Below are positions 41,936 to 52,815 of a stretch of DNA of 64,000 nucleotides, in pieces. The number at the start of each line of letters is the position of its first letter. Positions within the stretch are counted from its first letter, which is position 1. The DNA lies in the NCBI GenBank assembly GCA_963832395.1, contig CAWHTV010000004.1:200999-264998 (forward strand). The letters run 5' to 3'. Below the pieces are notes generated by a model. That model was not told the DNA's origin. It ran no database searches and saw only the letters and a list, made by a program, of their open reading frames with translations. This stretch comes from an uncultured delta proteobacterium. Its GTDB lineage: Bacteria; Desulfobacterota; Binatia; Binatales; Binataceae. Position numbers and translations under genes: made by a program.

Positions 41936-42149
41936 AGGCGGTCTCCCTTTTCAGCGCCGGTCGCGTTGAGCGGCGCCTGGGAGCGCGGCGTCTCGCCGGC
42001 GGCGATTTTGCACTGTGTTCATTATTGACCGGACGGGCGCGCATGGCAAAAGCGCGCCAGCGCATCGCGCAAGGCGCCGCGCGCCGACTGGCAAATGCGC
42101 GACGCGCGTACGGATCCGATTCGGCGCGATCATGCTACAGTAGCTGGCC

Positions 42150-43610
42150 GTGGAAAGCCTCGCCGCCGCCTCGCAATTCACTGCGCAACTGCCCGCACTC
42201 GCCGCGGAGCTGGCCGAAATCGTCGGCGCCGACGGCGTCGTCGCGCGCCCCAGCGAGCTCGCCGTCTACGAGTGCGACGGATGGACGATCGCCAAGAGCG
42301 CGCCCGATCTGCTGGTGCTGCCGCGGACCACCGCGCACGTCAGCGGCGTGCTGGCCGCGCTCGAGCGGCGCGGAGTGGCTTTCGTGCCGCGCGGCGCGGG
42401 CACCGGGCTGTCCGGCGGATGCCTGCCGCTCAACGCGCCGGTGATGATATGCACCTCGCGCATGAACCACATCGTCGCCTGCGATCTCGCCAACCGGCGC
42501 ATCGAGGTTGAAAGCGGCGTGGTCAACCTCAACGTGACCAACGCGGTCAAGGCGGCCGGTTATTTTTACGCGCCCGATCCTTCTTCGCAGGCCGCCTGCA
42601 CCATCGGCGGCAATATCGCCGAGAACTCCGGCGGCCCGCATACGCTGAAATACGGCGTCACCACCAACCACGTGCTGGGAGTCGAGCTGGTGCTGGCGGG
42701 CGGCGAAGTCGTCGAACTGGGCGGCCCGGCCGACGAGCGTCTGGGCTACGACCTGCTCGGCGCGGTGGTCGGCGCCGAAGGCACCGCCGGAATCGTGACG
42801 CGCGCGACGCTGAGGCTCCTGCGCGAGCCCCAGGCGCATCGCACGCTGCTCGGGATCTTCGCCGACGTCGAGCGCGCGACCGCTGCGGTCACCGCGATTA
42901 TCGCCGCCGGGATCATTCCGGGCGCGATCGAAATGATGGACCAGCTCATCATCCGCGCGGTCGAAGCGGCGTTCAAAGTCGGCTTTCCCGCCGACGCCGG
43001 CGCCGTGCTGATCATCGAGATCGACGGGCTCGAGGCCGGGCTCAGCGAACGCGCCGAGCGCATCGCGCGCATCGCCACCGAGGCCGGCGCGACCGAGGTG
43101 AAACTCGCGCGCGACGAGGCCGAGCGCGCGCTGCTGTGGAAGGCGCGCAAACGCGCTTTCGGCGCGGTCGGCCGGCTCGCGCCCAACTACGCCACCCAGG
43201 ACGGCGTGGTGCCGCGCACGCGGCTGCCCGACATCCTGCGCGTGATCACGATGCTCAGCCGCCACTACAAGCTCGCGATCGGCAACGTCTTCCACGCCGG
43301 CGACGGCAATATCCATCCGATCGTGCTCTATGACGAGCGCGATCCCGACCAGGTGCGGCGCGCGATCGAGGTCGGCCGCGAAATCCTGAAGGCCTGCGTC
43401 GAGATGGGCGGCAGCCTGACCGGCGAGCACGGCATCGGGGTCGAGAAGCAGCAGGAGATGCCGCTGCTGTTCGCGCCCGAGGATCTCATCGTGATGAGCG
43501 AGCTGCGCCGCGTGTTCGATCCCACCGGACACGCCAACCCCAACAAGATCATCCCGCAACCCGGCGGCTGTGTCGAAGTCGCCGCGCCGCGCCGCCAAGT
43601 CCCGCTGTAG
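42150..43610 (+). CDS. glcD: Glycolate oxidase subunit GlcD (FAD-linked oxidase)
   Basis: Intact 486 aa. PRGAGTGLSGG FAD motif, the C-terminal HAGDGNIHP and GEHGIG. Followed by glcE and glcF. Confidence 0.88.
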   Translation: MESLAAASQFTAQLPALAAELAEIVGADGVVARPSELAVYECDGWTIAKSAPDLLVLPRTTAHVSGVLAALERRGVAFVPRGAGTGLSGGCLPLNAPVMICTSRMNHIVACDLANRRIEVESGVVNLNVTNAVKAAGYFYAPDPSSQAACTIGGNIAENSGGPHTLKYGVTTNHVLGVELVLAGGEVVELGGPADERLGYDLLGAVVGAEGTAGIVTRATLRLLREPQAHRTLLGIFADVERATAAVTAIIAAGIIPGAIEMMDQLIIRAVEAAFKVGFPADAGAVLIIEIDGLEAGLSERAERIARIATEAGATEVKLARDEAERALLWKARKRAFGAVGRLAPNYATQDGVVPRTRLPDILRVITMLSRHYKLAIGNVFHAGDGNIHPIVLYDERDPDQVRRAIEVGREILKACVEMGGSLTGEHGIGVEKQQEMPLLFAPEDLIVMSELRRVFDPTGHANPNKIIPQPGGCVEVAAPRRQVPL

Positions 43611-43613
43611 CCG

Positions 43614-44885
43614 GTGAGCGACGCCCAAGCCGACAAGGTCGAGAACGCGATCCGCCGGACTGCTGGGCGCCGAGGGCGTGCGCCGGCCGCGCGGACGCGA
43701 AACCCTGGCCGCGCGGATAATCGCCGAACCGCGCGACAGCGACGAAATCGCCGCGCTGGTCCGTCAATGCGAACGCCAAGGCGAAGCGGCCCGACCACGC
43801 TCGCGCCGCTCGGCGCCGCGCGCACGCTCGGCGAAATCCGCCGCGCGCCCGCGATGCTCGGCGTCTCGCTCGCCCGCATGGACCGCATAGTCGCCTACGA
43901 GCCCGAAGACATGACGGTGATCGCCGAGGCCGGGATGACGCTCGGCGCGCTCAACCAGCGCCTGGCGAGCACGGACAGCGCCTGCCGCTCGACCCGGCCA
44001 ATCCCGGCGCAACCACGCTCGGCGCGCTGATCGGCGCGTCGCAGGCCGGCCCGCTCAGGCTTTCCGAGGGCACGCCGCGCGACCTGCTGATCGGCGTGCG
44101 CTTCGTCGGCCACGAGGGACGCGCGGTGCACGGCGGCGGCCGGGTAGTCAAAAACGTCGCCGGCTATGATTTGATGAAGGTGATGACCGGATCATTCGGC
44201 ACGCTCGGAATAATCACGGAGGCGGCTTTCAAGCTGCGGCCGATTCCCGAGGGCTACACGATAGGCATCGCGCCGTTCGCGCGCGCGGCCGACGCGTTCG
44301 GCGCGGCGCTCAAGCTTCACGACGCGCTGCCGCTGGTGCACGTCGAGGTGCTGAGCCCCGCGCTCGCCGCGCGCTTCGGCCATCCGGACGCTTTTCTGCT
44401 GCTGGCGGCGATCGCCGGCAGCGCTTCCGAGTTGGACTATCAGCGCGGCCATTTCGGCGGCCTTGCCGGCGCCGTCTTCACCGATGGCGCGCGCGCCATC
44501 GAGACCTATGAGCGATTGCGCGATCTCGAATTCGCGCCCGCCGCGATCGCCGCCCAACTCGCTACGGCGCCGGCCGAGCTTTGTCGATGCGTCGAAGCCG
44601 CGGGCGCGGAGTTCCGCGCGCACGCGGCATGCGGCGTCGCGCAAATCTTCATCGGCGGCGAGCTTGAACCCGGTAAAGGCGCGCGAGACGCTCGCTCGAT
44701 GGCGCGCCGCGGCGCACGCCGCGCATGGGCATCTGCGGCTGCTCGCGGCCGCGCCGGCGTTGCGATCGCATCTGGAATTTTTCGATGAGCCGCCCGCCGG
44801 CGCGCTCAAGCTGATGCGCCGGCTCAAGGCCGCCTTCGATCCGGCGGGAGTTTTCAACCCCGGATGTTTCGTCGGGGGACTTTGA
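43614..44885 (+). CDS. glcE: Glycolate oxidase FAD-binding subunit GlcE (about 4 frame breaks)
   Basis: [39 protein letters not shown], and the ending [14 protein letters not shown] in ORF 44463..44885. Confidence 0.8.
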
Positions 44886-46190
44886 TGGGGGATGCCGAGA
44901 CACGGGAAACGGTTGCCGCGCCGCGTCCCGGCCCGGTGCGCGACGTGGTCGAATACGACCTGTTGTTCGATTGCGTGCACTGCGGACTGTGCCTGGAGTC
45001 GTGCCCGACCTACCTGCTGACGCGGGCCGAGATGGATTCGCCGCGCGGGCGGATCTACCTGATGAAGTCGCTCGCGCAGGGGCGGATGACGCTCGACGAC
45101 GACGTCGTGCGCCATCTCGACTCGTGCCTGGGATGCCGCGGATGCGAGACCGCTTGCCCCTCGGGCATTCATTACGGACGGCTCCTGGAGCGGGCGCGCG
45201 ACTTCGTCGATCGCAACCATCGGCGCGGGTTCGATCGACGCGCTGCGGCATGCGGCGGTCCGCTTCATCTTTCCGTATCCGGCGCGGCTCCGCGCGATGC
45301 TCTGGCCGTTGCGCGTCGCCGAGCGGCTCAAAATGCGCGGCGTGGTCCGCCGGCTCATGCCGCGTGCGCTGCGCGAGTGGATCGACCTGGTGCCGGAGCT
45401 GACGCGAGGCCTCGCCGGTTTATCCTGAAGCAACGACGCGGCCAAACTCCGACGGCCCCATCGCGGTGGTGCATCACGGATGCGTCGCGGAAGTGCTGAC
45501 GCCCTCGGAGAATCGCAACACGGAGCGCGCGCTGGCGGCGGCCGGCTATCGCGTCGTGCAGCTCGCGTCCTACGGTCTGTTGCGGCGCGCTCGACCTGCA
45601 CGACGGCAACCTGCCGCGCGGACTCGATTTCGCGCGCCGCAACGTGCGGGCGCTCAAACAATCCGGCGCGCCAGCGATCGTCTCGGCGGCCTCGGGATGC
45701 GCCGCGGCGATCGCGTCGTACGGCGAGCTATTGAAGGATGACCCGGAGCTGGCCGAGCGACGCGCGCGAGGTCTCGGCGCGCGCGACCGATCTGAGCACG
45801 CTGCTGCTCGCGCGCGGCAAACCGGCGGGCACGGCTCGAATGCGCCGTGACGTATCATGACTCGTGTCATCTGGTGCACGGGATGGGCGTGCGCGAGGGG
45901 CCGCGCAAACTGCTGGCTTCGATCGCGGGCGTGCGGCTGGTCGAGATGGCGGAGTCCGACCTGTGCTGCGGCTCGGCCGGGAGCTACAACCTGCTCGAAG
46001 CCCGACGATGGCGCATCAACTGGCGCGGCGCAAAGCCGACAATATCGAGGCGACCGGCGCCGACTACGTCGTGCTGGGCAATCCCGGCTGCGAATTCCAG
46101 ATCGCGGCGGAGTTGCGCCGGCGCGGTTCGCGGATCCGGGTGATCCATCTCGCGGATTTTCTCGCGCTGGTCGCAAGCTCCGGCGCGTAA
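44885..46190 (+). CDS. glcF: Glycolate oxidase iron-sulfur subunit GlcF (at least 5 frame breaks)
   Basis: ATG overlaps the glcE stop. [12 protein letters not shown] and [12 protein letters not shown] ferredoxin motifs; CCG-domain pieces YHDSCH and CCGSAGSYN in later frames. Confidence 0.8.
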
Positions 46191-46300
46191 GCCGTTCTGC
46201 CGCGGCGCCAGTAGCGATCGCCGACCGCTGACGAATACTGCTGATTGGAAGAAGCGTGAAGGGCGAGCCGTGAAAGAGGCTCGCGCTGCGAGCTTTGCTA

Positions 46301-46519
46301 CTACTCTAACGACGGATCGAGATCGATAATCTGGCCGGGCTGCGGTCCGGGAACCATATCAGCGAGGTCGGCATCCTTGTCCTTGGCCACTCCAGACGGA
46401 GTCTGCCGTTCGGTGACGCGTTTGACCCGGCGCTGTTCCTTGTCCTGTTGCTTTTGCCGACGAAGCTGTTCTCTGCGGCGTTTTTCCAACTGGTCGCCTC
46501 TTCGAGCGGCCGCCGTCAT
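46301..46519 (-). CDS. Hypothetical highly charged small protein
   Basis: 72-aa ORF rich in R/K/E/Q (EKRRREQLRRQKQQDKEQRR). No family recognised. Confidence 0.3.
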   Translation of the reverse strand: MTAAARRGDQLEKRRREQLRRQKQQDKEQRRVKRVTERQTPSGVAKDKDADLADMVPGPQPGQIIDLDPSLE

Positions 46520-46570
46520 CGGCTCGCCAGGAGCGGCCGACGCTGTCGGGCTCGAAGATTTGCGTGCGCT

Positions 46571-46605
46571 AAAAACAACGGGGGCGGGGCTCGGCCCGCC
46601 CCCGT
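46571..46605 (-). terminator. Rho-independent terminator of the RRM gene
   Basis: 11-bp stem ACGGGGGCGGG / CCCGCCCCCGT (46595-46605 / 46578-46588), followed on the minus strand by TGTTTTT. Starts 13 nt after the stop codon. Confidence 0.75.
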
Positions 46606-46617
46606 TTCGATCGACTG

Positions 46618-46947
46618 TTACCAGCGATCGCGGCCGCGATTTCCACCGCCGCCGCCGCCACCGCCCCGGTTGCCGCCGCCGCCACCGCCGAAGCTGGACT
46701 CACGAGGCTTGGCCTCGTTGACCTTGATGTTGCGGCCCTTCAGCTCAGTCTCGTTGAACTGCTGAATTGCCTTGGCAGCATCATCCGCACTAGCCATCTC
46801 GACAAAACCGAAACCCTTTGACTGGCCCGAAAACTTGTCGGTGATGATCGCGACGCTCTGCACCTGTCCTACTTGTGAAAACAGCTGCTGCAGGTCGTCA
46901 TTGGTTACTGCGTAGGCCAGATTGCCTACGTACAATTTGCTGGGCAT
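46618..46947 (-). CDS. RRM-type glycine-rich RNA-binding protein
   Basis: ATG 46947 after GGAGGG. RNP2 LYVGNL, RNP1 KGFGFVEM, and a GGGGGNRGGGGGGGGNRG tail. Confidence 0.9.
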   Translation of the reverse strand: MPSKLYVGNLAYAVTNDDLQQLFSQVGQVQSVAIITDKFSGQSKGFGFVEMASADDAAKAIQQFNETELKGRNIKVNEAKPRESSFGGGGGGNRGGGGGGGGNRGRDRW

Positions 46948-47114
46948 CAATTGCCCTCCGTTGGTATTTGTCGGGAAGCTCTCGAACAGAGGACCCGGGC
47001 TCATTCCCGGGAGTTTGATAGGGAACACTCCGACCGTTACGCAATCAAGCTTATGCTTTTCCGCGAAGCAATGGAAGAGCCTCTGAATACCCTATCGTAT
47101 TCGGATCAGGGACG

Positions 47115-48304
47115 CTACGGGTCGCGCGTGACCACGATTCCGCTGCCACGCATCATCGGCGAGCCATCGATCGCGCATACCGCCGCCGCACCGGGGACTT
47201 GCCGGCGCTCGGCGCGCCCGGTCACCTGGAACACCGCCTCGGCAATATGCCCCATCCCATGCAGCCTTCCTTCGCTCAGACTGCCGCCGAAAGTATTCAC
47301 CGGCAGTTCGCCCTCCAGCGCGATACGGCCGTCCTGGATGAACGCGTAGGCCTCGCCCCGCTTGCAGAAGCCGGCCGCCTCCAGCCAGTAGAGCGTGGAC
47401 GGGCTGAAGCCGTCGTACAACTGCGCGGCGTCCATGTCGGTGGGGCCGAGTCCCGCCGACGACCACAACTTGCCCGCGAGCGACTGCCCGTTGATGACGT
47501 AGTCGTCGAGCGTGTAGAAGAGCAGCGCTGCGCCGGCTCGACGGTGTTCTGGCCGTGGCCGGCGATGTAGGCCGGCGGATGGCGCAGATCGCGCGCGCGC
47601 TCGGCGCTGGTCATCACCAGCGCGACGCAGCCCTCGACCGGCACGTCGCAATCGAACAGGCAAAACGGCTCGGCGATCGGGCGCGCGGCGAAATAGTCCT
47701 CGCGGGTCATCGGCTTGGTGTAAAAGAACGCGCGCGGATTGAGGTTGGCGTTGCGCCGCGAGTTCACCACGAAGGTGCAGAGATGCTCGCGCGTGGCGCC
47801 GTACTGATGCATGTAGCGCCGCCACGCCATCGCGTGCGACTGGATCACGCCGACGCATCCAAAGGGCGCGAGGAACTGCGCGTCGCCCGCGGCACGCGCG
47901 CCGCTGAACGCTCCGTAGCTGCGCGGCTGATGCAGCGCGCGCCAGATGAGCACGTAGTCGCAGGCGCCGGCCATCAGCGCGTGCGCGCCCTCGATTACCG
48001 GGGCCGCGATCATCCCGGTCTCGATCTGCGCGTACCATCGCACGTCGGGCGCGAGCGCCAGATGGTTGATGATCCAGGCGACGCTCACGATATCGACGCC
48101 GTCGCGGGTGCCGGCGCCCAGAAACGGCGCCTCGGGATAAGTCGCAAGCCCGTCGATCTGCTGCGGGCTCAACCCCGCATCCGCGATCGCTTCACGGCAG
48201 GCGTCGAGCGCGAGCAATCCCAGCGGCCGCTTGGACTGGCGCACCAGCTCCGAGTAGCCGATCCCGACGATCGCGGTCTTGCCCTTGCCGTGCCACATCG
48301 CCAC
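47115..48304 (-). CDS. Thiolase-like (SCP-x/DitF type) acetyl-CoA acetyltransferase family protein (frame break near 47540)
   Basis: KTAIVGIGYSE, and the C-terminal NTFGGSLSEGRLHGMGHIAE. ORFs 47297..48304 and 47115..48038. Confidence 0.75.
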
Positions 48305-48319
48305 GCCCCTCCGCTCCGC

Positions 48320-48739
48320 TCAGACCGGCCTGAACTGCGCGAGCACCAGGTCCGGGCCGCGCTCCTCGAACCAGACTTCGACGCGGTCCGCCGATTCGGA
48401 TTTTGTCCAGCTCCGCGTGCGGCAGAGTTGGAAACCATGAAGAGCATCGGCTGCTCCTCGAGCTCGACTACGATATTGACGTACGGAACCTCGCCCTCGA
48501 AACCGGCGACGCTCGGCTGATGCATCACGGTGAAGGTGTAAATCGTGCCGCGGCCGGAGACCGGCGCGAACTCCAGGCGCTGCGAGGAGCAGCGGTCGCA
48601 AGTGGGGCGCGGCGGATGGTTGTAATACCCGCAATCGGCACATCGCTGCACCACGAGCCGATGCTGCTTTCGCCGCGTCCCAGAACGGCTGCGAGAGTTC
48701 GTCGGCAACGGGAACTGGTTTTTCGCTACGGGCCGCCAT
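48320..48739 (-). CDS. DUF35 Zn-ribbon/OB-fold protein, usual partner of the thiolase-like gene (at least 2 frame breaks)
   Basis: LVVQRCADCGYYNHPPRPTCDRCSS zinc ribbon and GTIYTFTV OB segment in ORF 48169..48789. N- and C-terminal ends are in ORF 48320..48781. Confidence 0.7.
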   Translation of the reverse strand: MAARSEKPVPVADELSQPFWDAAKAASARGAAMCRLRVLQPSAAPHLRPLLLAAPGVRAGLRPRHDLHLHRDASAERRRFRGRGSVRQYRSRARGAADALHGFQLCRTRSWTKSESADRVEVWFEERGPDLVLAQFRPV

Positions 48740-48872
48740 CGGATCATCTCTTTCGCGACGCCGCACAGGCCGGCGCGGCAATCACGCATCCATTTTTAGC
48801 AGGTTTTGCTATAGCAGGTTTGGCGGCGCGAGTGTCAGCGCCGCGCGACGCCGACCGTGTCGTCGCGGCACT

Positions 48873-50012
48873 CTACTGGTATCGTGCGGCCGCGACGGTC
48901 GCGCTCGAAGCGGGAAAATATCTGCGCCGCGCCCATAGCGCCACGTCGACCAGGCCGATCATCACCGGCACTTCGATTAGCGGCCCGATTACCGCGGCGA
49001 AGGCGGCGCCGCTGTCGATACCAAAGGTTGCGACCGCCACCGCGATCGCCAACTCAAAGTTGTTCGACGCGGCGGTGAACGACAGCGTGGCCGTTTGCGG
49101 ATAGGTGGCGCCGGCCTTGTAGCTCAGCATGAACGAGAGCCCGAACATGATCGCGAAATAGAGCAGCAGCGGGATCGCGATGCGCACCACGTCCAGCGGC
49201 AGCCGAACGATCGCCTCGCCCTTGATCGAAAACATCACCACGATCGTGAACAGCAGGAAGATCAGGGTCAGCGGGCTGATTTTCGGAACGAAATGTTCCC
49301 GATACCAGGCCTTACCTTTGAGCCCGACCAGAATTTTCCAGGTCGCCAGCCCCGCGACGAACGGTACGCCGAGATAAATGCCGACGCTTTCGGCGATGTC
49401 GCCGATCGTCACGTGAACGATGGCTCCGCCAAGGCCGAGCCATCGCGGAATCACCGTCACGAAGACGAATGCGTAGATCGAAAAGAACAGCACCTGGAAG
49501 ATCGAGTTGAACGCCACCAGGCCCGCGCAATAGTCGTTGTCGCCGTCGGCGAGGTCGTTCCACACGACCACCATCGCGATGCATCGTGCCAGGCCGATCA
49601 TGATGAGTCCCACCATGTATTCCGGCCGGTCGCGCAAAAAGATAACTGCGAGCGCGAACATCAGGATCGGCCCGATGATCCAGTTCTGCACCAGTGAGAG
49701 GCCGAGAATCTTCCAGTTGCGGAAAACGTCGCCCAGTTCGTCGTAATTCACCTTCGCCAGCGGCGGGTACATCATCAGGATGAGCCCGGCGGCGATCGGG
49801 AGCGAAGTCGTGCCGATGCTGAGCCGGCCGAAAGCCGCCTTGATGCCGGGCCACGCGTAGCCCAGCGCCACGCCGGCCGCCATCGCAAGGAAGATCCACA
49901 GCGTGAGATAGCGGTCGAGGAGGGATAATCTCGGCAGTCTTGGCGTGTTCGCAAGCCTTAGAGTGGCGCTCAATTTCGTCGCTCCTATCCTCAGGGCAGG
50001 ATTGTTTAACAC
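48873..50012 (-). CDS. acr3: Arsenite efflux transporter ACR3
   Basis: Intact. [32 protein letters not shown] and [11 protein letters not shown] are ACR3 hallmarks. Confidence 0.92.
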   Translation of the reverse strand: MLNNPALRIGATKLSATLRLANTPRLPRLSLLDRYLTLWIFLAMAAGVALGYAWPGIKAAFGRLSIGTTSLPIAAGLILMMYPPLAKVNYDELGDVFRNWKILGLSLVQNWIIGPILMFALAVIFLRDRPEYMVGLIMIGLARCIAMVVVWNDLADGDNDYCAGLVAFNSIFQVLFFSIYAFVFVTVIPRWLGLGGAIVHVTIGDIAESVGIYLGVPFVAGLATWKILVGLKGKAWYREHFVPKISPLTLIFLLFTIVVMFSIKGEAIVRLPLDVVRIAIPLLLYFAIMFGLSFMLSYKAGATYPQTATLSFTAASNNFELAIAVAVATFGIDSGAAFAAVIGPLIEVPVMIGLVDVALWARRRYFPASSATVAAARYQ

Positions 50013-50055
50013 TGCCGTAACACGCGAGCGCTGGTAAGAGCTTTCAGATTATTCA

Positions 50056-50079
50056 ATGATTCCATATATATGGAATCAT
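50056..50079. promoter_or_regulatory. 24-bp perfect palindrome in the acr3 / arsR-arsC divergent control region (candidate ArsR operator)
   Basis: ATGATTCCATAT|ATATGGAATCAT. Its last two bases are the first two of ATG 50078. Confidence 0.55.
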
Positions 50080-50905
50080 GACAAAGGAAACCGTCATCGC
50101 CGCATTGGCCGCCCTCGCGCAGGAGACTCGCCTGGACATCTTCCGGGCGCTGGTCGAGAGAGGTTCGGAAGGCATGCCAGCCGGAGAAATTGGTGAGCGC
50201 CTGAACTTGCCTTCGCCTACGCTCTCATTCCATCTCAACCAGCTCAGGCATACCGGCCTCGTGACGTCGCGCCGGCAGAGCAGGCGGATCATCTACGGCG
50301 CCAAGTTCCGCACGATGAACAGCCTGATCGAATATCTGACCGAGAATTGCTCCGCGGGTCCGGCAGACAATGCGATTCACGGTCGTCCAAAAAGCGTAGC
50401 GTCCGGGCGCGAGTTCAACGTTCTTTTTCTGTGCACGAACAACTCGGCCCGCAGCATCATGGCGGAATGCGCGATGAATCGATGGGGCGCCGACAGGTTT
50501 CACGCTTTCAGCGCCGGCAGCAAGCCGCGCGGCGCCGTACATCCGATCACGCTCGGGGCGCTGAATGAATTGAAATACGAGACCGGGAACTTGCGGAGCA
50601 AGGACTGGAACGAGTTCGCCCAGCCGGACAGCCCGCCGCTCGATTTCGTTTTCACTCTCTGCGACCGCGCCGCCGCCGAGATTTGTCCGACCTGGCCAGG
50701 CCAGCCGATAAGAACGCATTGGGGCGTGCAGGATCCGGTTGCGGTCGCCGGTACGAGTGGCGCTACACGAAAGGCATTCGTCAAGGTCTACACCGAACTG
50801 GAGCAACGAATCAGGATCTTCACCGCTCTTCCGATCGAAACGCTCGAGCGTTTCGCCCTTGAACGCTGGGTTGCGGAAATCGGCAAATTGAACCTGGCGG
50901 CGTGA
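50078..50905 (+). CDS. ArsR-family repressor fused to LMW-PTP-type arsenate reductase (ArsR-ArsC fusion)
   Basis: N-terminal winged HTH ([10 protein letters not shown]...[16 protein letters not shown]). C-terminal [16 protein letters not shown] carries the CX5R P-loop. Intact 275 aa. Confidence 0.85.
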   Translation: MTKETVIAALAALAQETRLDIFRALVERGSEGMPAGEIGERLNLPSPTLSFHLNQLRHTGLVTSRRQSRRIIYGAKFRTMNSLIEYLTENCSAGPADNAIHGRPKSVASGREFNVLFLCTNNSARSIMAECAMNRWGADRFHAFSAGSKPRGAVHPITLGALNELKYETGNLRSKDWNEFAQPDSPPLDFVFTLCDRAAAEICPTWPGQPIRTHWGVQDPVAVAGTSGATRKAFVKVYTELEQRIRIFTALPIETLERFALERWVAEIGKLNLAA

Positions 50906-50922
50906 TGGAGACAGGGGCAGCC

Positions 50923-51760
50923 ATGCCGGTGCGGTTGGGAATAAACGGCTTCGGACGCATGGGGCGCCTGGCGCTGCGCGCCGCATTCGATAACCCCCAA
51001 ATTAAGATCGTCCATATCAACGAGTTGAAAGGCGGTCCCGAGACCGCGGCTCACCTGCTCGAATTCGATAGCGTGCATGGTCGATGGCGCGTGCCGATAA
51101 CCCCGGAAGCGCACGGACTCAGGATAAACGGCGATCGCATCGCGTACAGCGACTTCGACGCTCCGGGCAAAGTGCCGTGGGACCAAGCCGGGGTCGAAAT
51201 CGTTCTCGAGTGTTCGGGCAAGTTCCTTACTCCGGAGGAATTGGAACCGTATTTCGAGCGGGGCGTGCGCAAAGTCGTCGTGGCGGCGCCGGTCAAGCAG
51301 GGCGCGCTCAACGTCGTGATGGGCGTCAACGATCAGTTGTACGACCCTGAGTTGCACCACATAGTCACCGCCGCCTCGTGCACCACCAATTGCCTGGCGC
51401 CCGTGGTCAAAGTCATCCAGCAAACGCTCGGCATCCGCCACGGCGTCATCACCACTATCCACGACGTGACCAATACCCAAACGATCGTGGACCTGCCGCA
51501 CAAGGATCTGCGGCGGGCGCGATCCGCGCTGATGTCGCTGGTGCCTACCACGACCGGGTCGGCTACCGCCATCGGCCTCATCTATCCGGAGCTGCAAGGA
51601 AAACTTAACGGCATAGCGGTTCGTGTCCCTCTGCTAAACGCCTCGCTGACCGACTGCGTCTTCGAGGTCGCGCGATCGACTACCGCAGTGGAGGTCAACA
51701 AATGCTTGCGGGCGGCGGCGGAGGGGGAACTCCGCGGCATCCTGGGTTTCGAGGAACGTC
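50923..51760 (+). pseudogene. gap: Glyceraldehyde-3-phosphate dehydrogenase (ars-island type), 5' part, interrupted by IS21-family element
   Basis: [15 protein letters not shown], active site SCTTNCLAP. Reading stops being GAPDH-like exactly at 51760 (..GFEER). Confidence 0.9.
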
Positions 51761-52023
51761 TGTTCGGCGTCAACTATTTTTGCCGATAAGCGACAAGTAT
51801 TTTTGCCGGTGGTCGCCAGGTTAACTGGTCCTTTTGTCCGATAAGATCGAGGGCGGTCACTGCGATACTCAGATTTGGCCCACCCCTGGTTGAGTTCCTC
51901 CTTTTCTGAAGAGAGATTGTAATTGTCTGGTCTTTTCGTTGGTGCGCGTTAGGAGACGCGCGCAGCGCGCACCTTGCGCGATCAGCGTTACTAACGCGCT
52001 CCACCAGCATCGACTTCATCGAA

Positions 52024-52815
52024 TCAACCTGGGCTCGCATCGACGGCTTCGCCGGGCTGGCCAGCATCGGTGCGACGACGCTTCCGAGTCCGGTAGCTGG
52101 GAACATTGAACTCCAGGATGGTCGCGTGATGGACCAGCCGATCGATCGCGGCCGCGGTCGCCATAGGGTCCTTGAAGATCCGTTCCCAGTCGCTGAACAC
52201 CAGGTTACTGGTGACCAGCATGGAGCGCCGCTCGTAGCGTTCCGCGATCAGAGTGAACAGGACTTCCGCCTCTTCGGGGCTCTGTTTGACGTAGCCAATA
52301 TCATCCAGGATCAACAGCTCGATCGAATCGAGCCGCCGCAGCTTTTGCGGCAGCATCAGATCGCGCTTGGCGGCGAGCAGTTCCTGCACCAGCTGATAGG
52401 CGGGACGGAACAGCACCGAATGGCCCAACTCAATGAGCGCGTTGCCGATCGCGCAGCCGGCGTGGCTCTTGCCCACTCCGGGCAGACCAAAGGCCAGCGC
52501 GTTCTCGGCCCGTTCCAGGAACTCGCCGCGTGCCAACTCTCGCAGCTTGCGCATCAGCGGCGCGGGCAGCGTGCCCGCGTCCAGTGTCTCGAAGGTTTTG
52601 CCGGGTGGAATCTGCGCGGCGCGGCGCAGGCGCGTGATCTTGCGCTGCTCGCGCGCTTCGGCCTCCATCTCCAGTACTTCCAGAACTAGCAGCAGCGCGT
52701 CGCGATGGCCGGCGTTCTCCAGGCGCGGACCTAGTTCCGGTGCCGCGGTGCTGAGATTGAAACCGGCGAGCAACTGGGTAGTGCGTTCGACGACATCGAT
52801 CTGAGCGGCTTTCAT
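52024..52815 (-). CDS. istB: IS21 helper ATPase IstB
   Basis: Walker A GLPGVGKSH, Walker B LLILDDIG. ATGA overlap with istA. Confidence 0.93.
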   Translation of the reverse strand: MKAAQIDVVERTTQLLAGFNLSTAAPELGPRLENAGHRDALLLVLEVLEMEAEAREQRKITRLRRAAQIPPGKTFETLDAGTLPAPLMRKLRELARGEFLERAENALAFGLPGVGKSHAGCAIGNALIELGHSVLFRPAYQLVQELLAAKRDLMLPQKLRRLDSIELLILDDIGYVKQSPEEAEVLFTLIAERYERRSMLVTSNLVFSDWERIFKDPMATAAAIDRLVHHATILEFNVPSYRTRKRRRTDAGQPGEAVDASPG

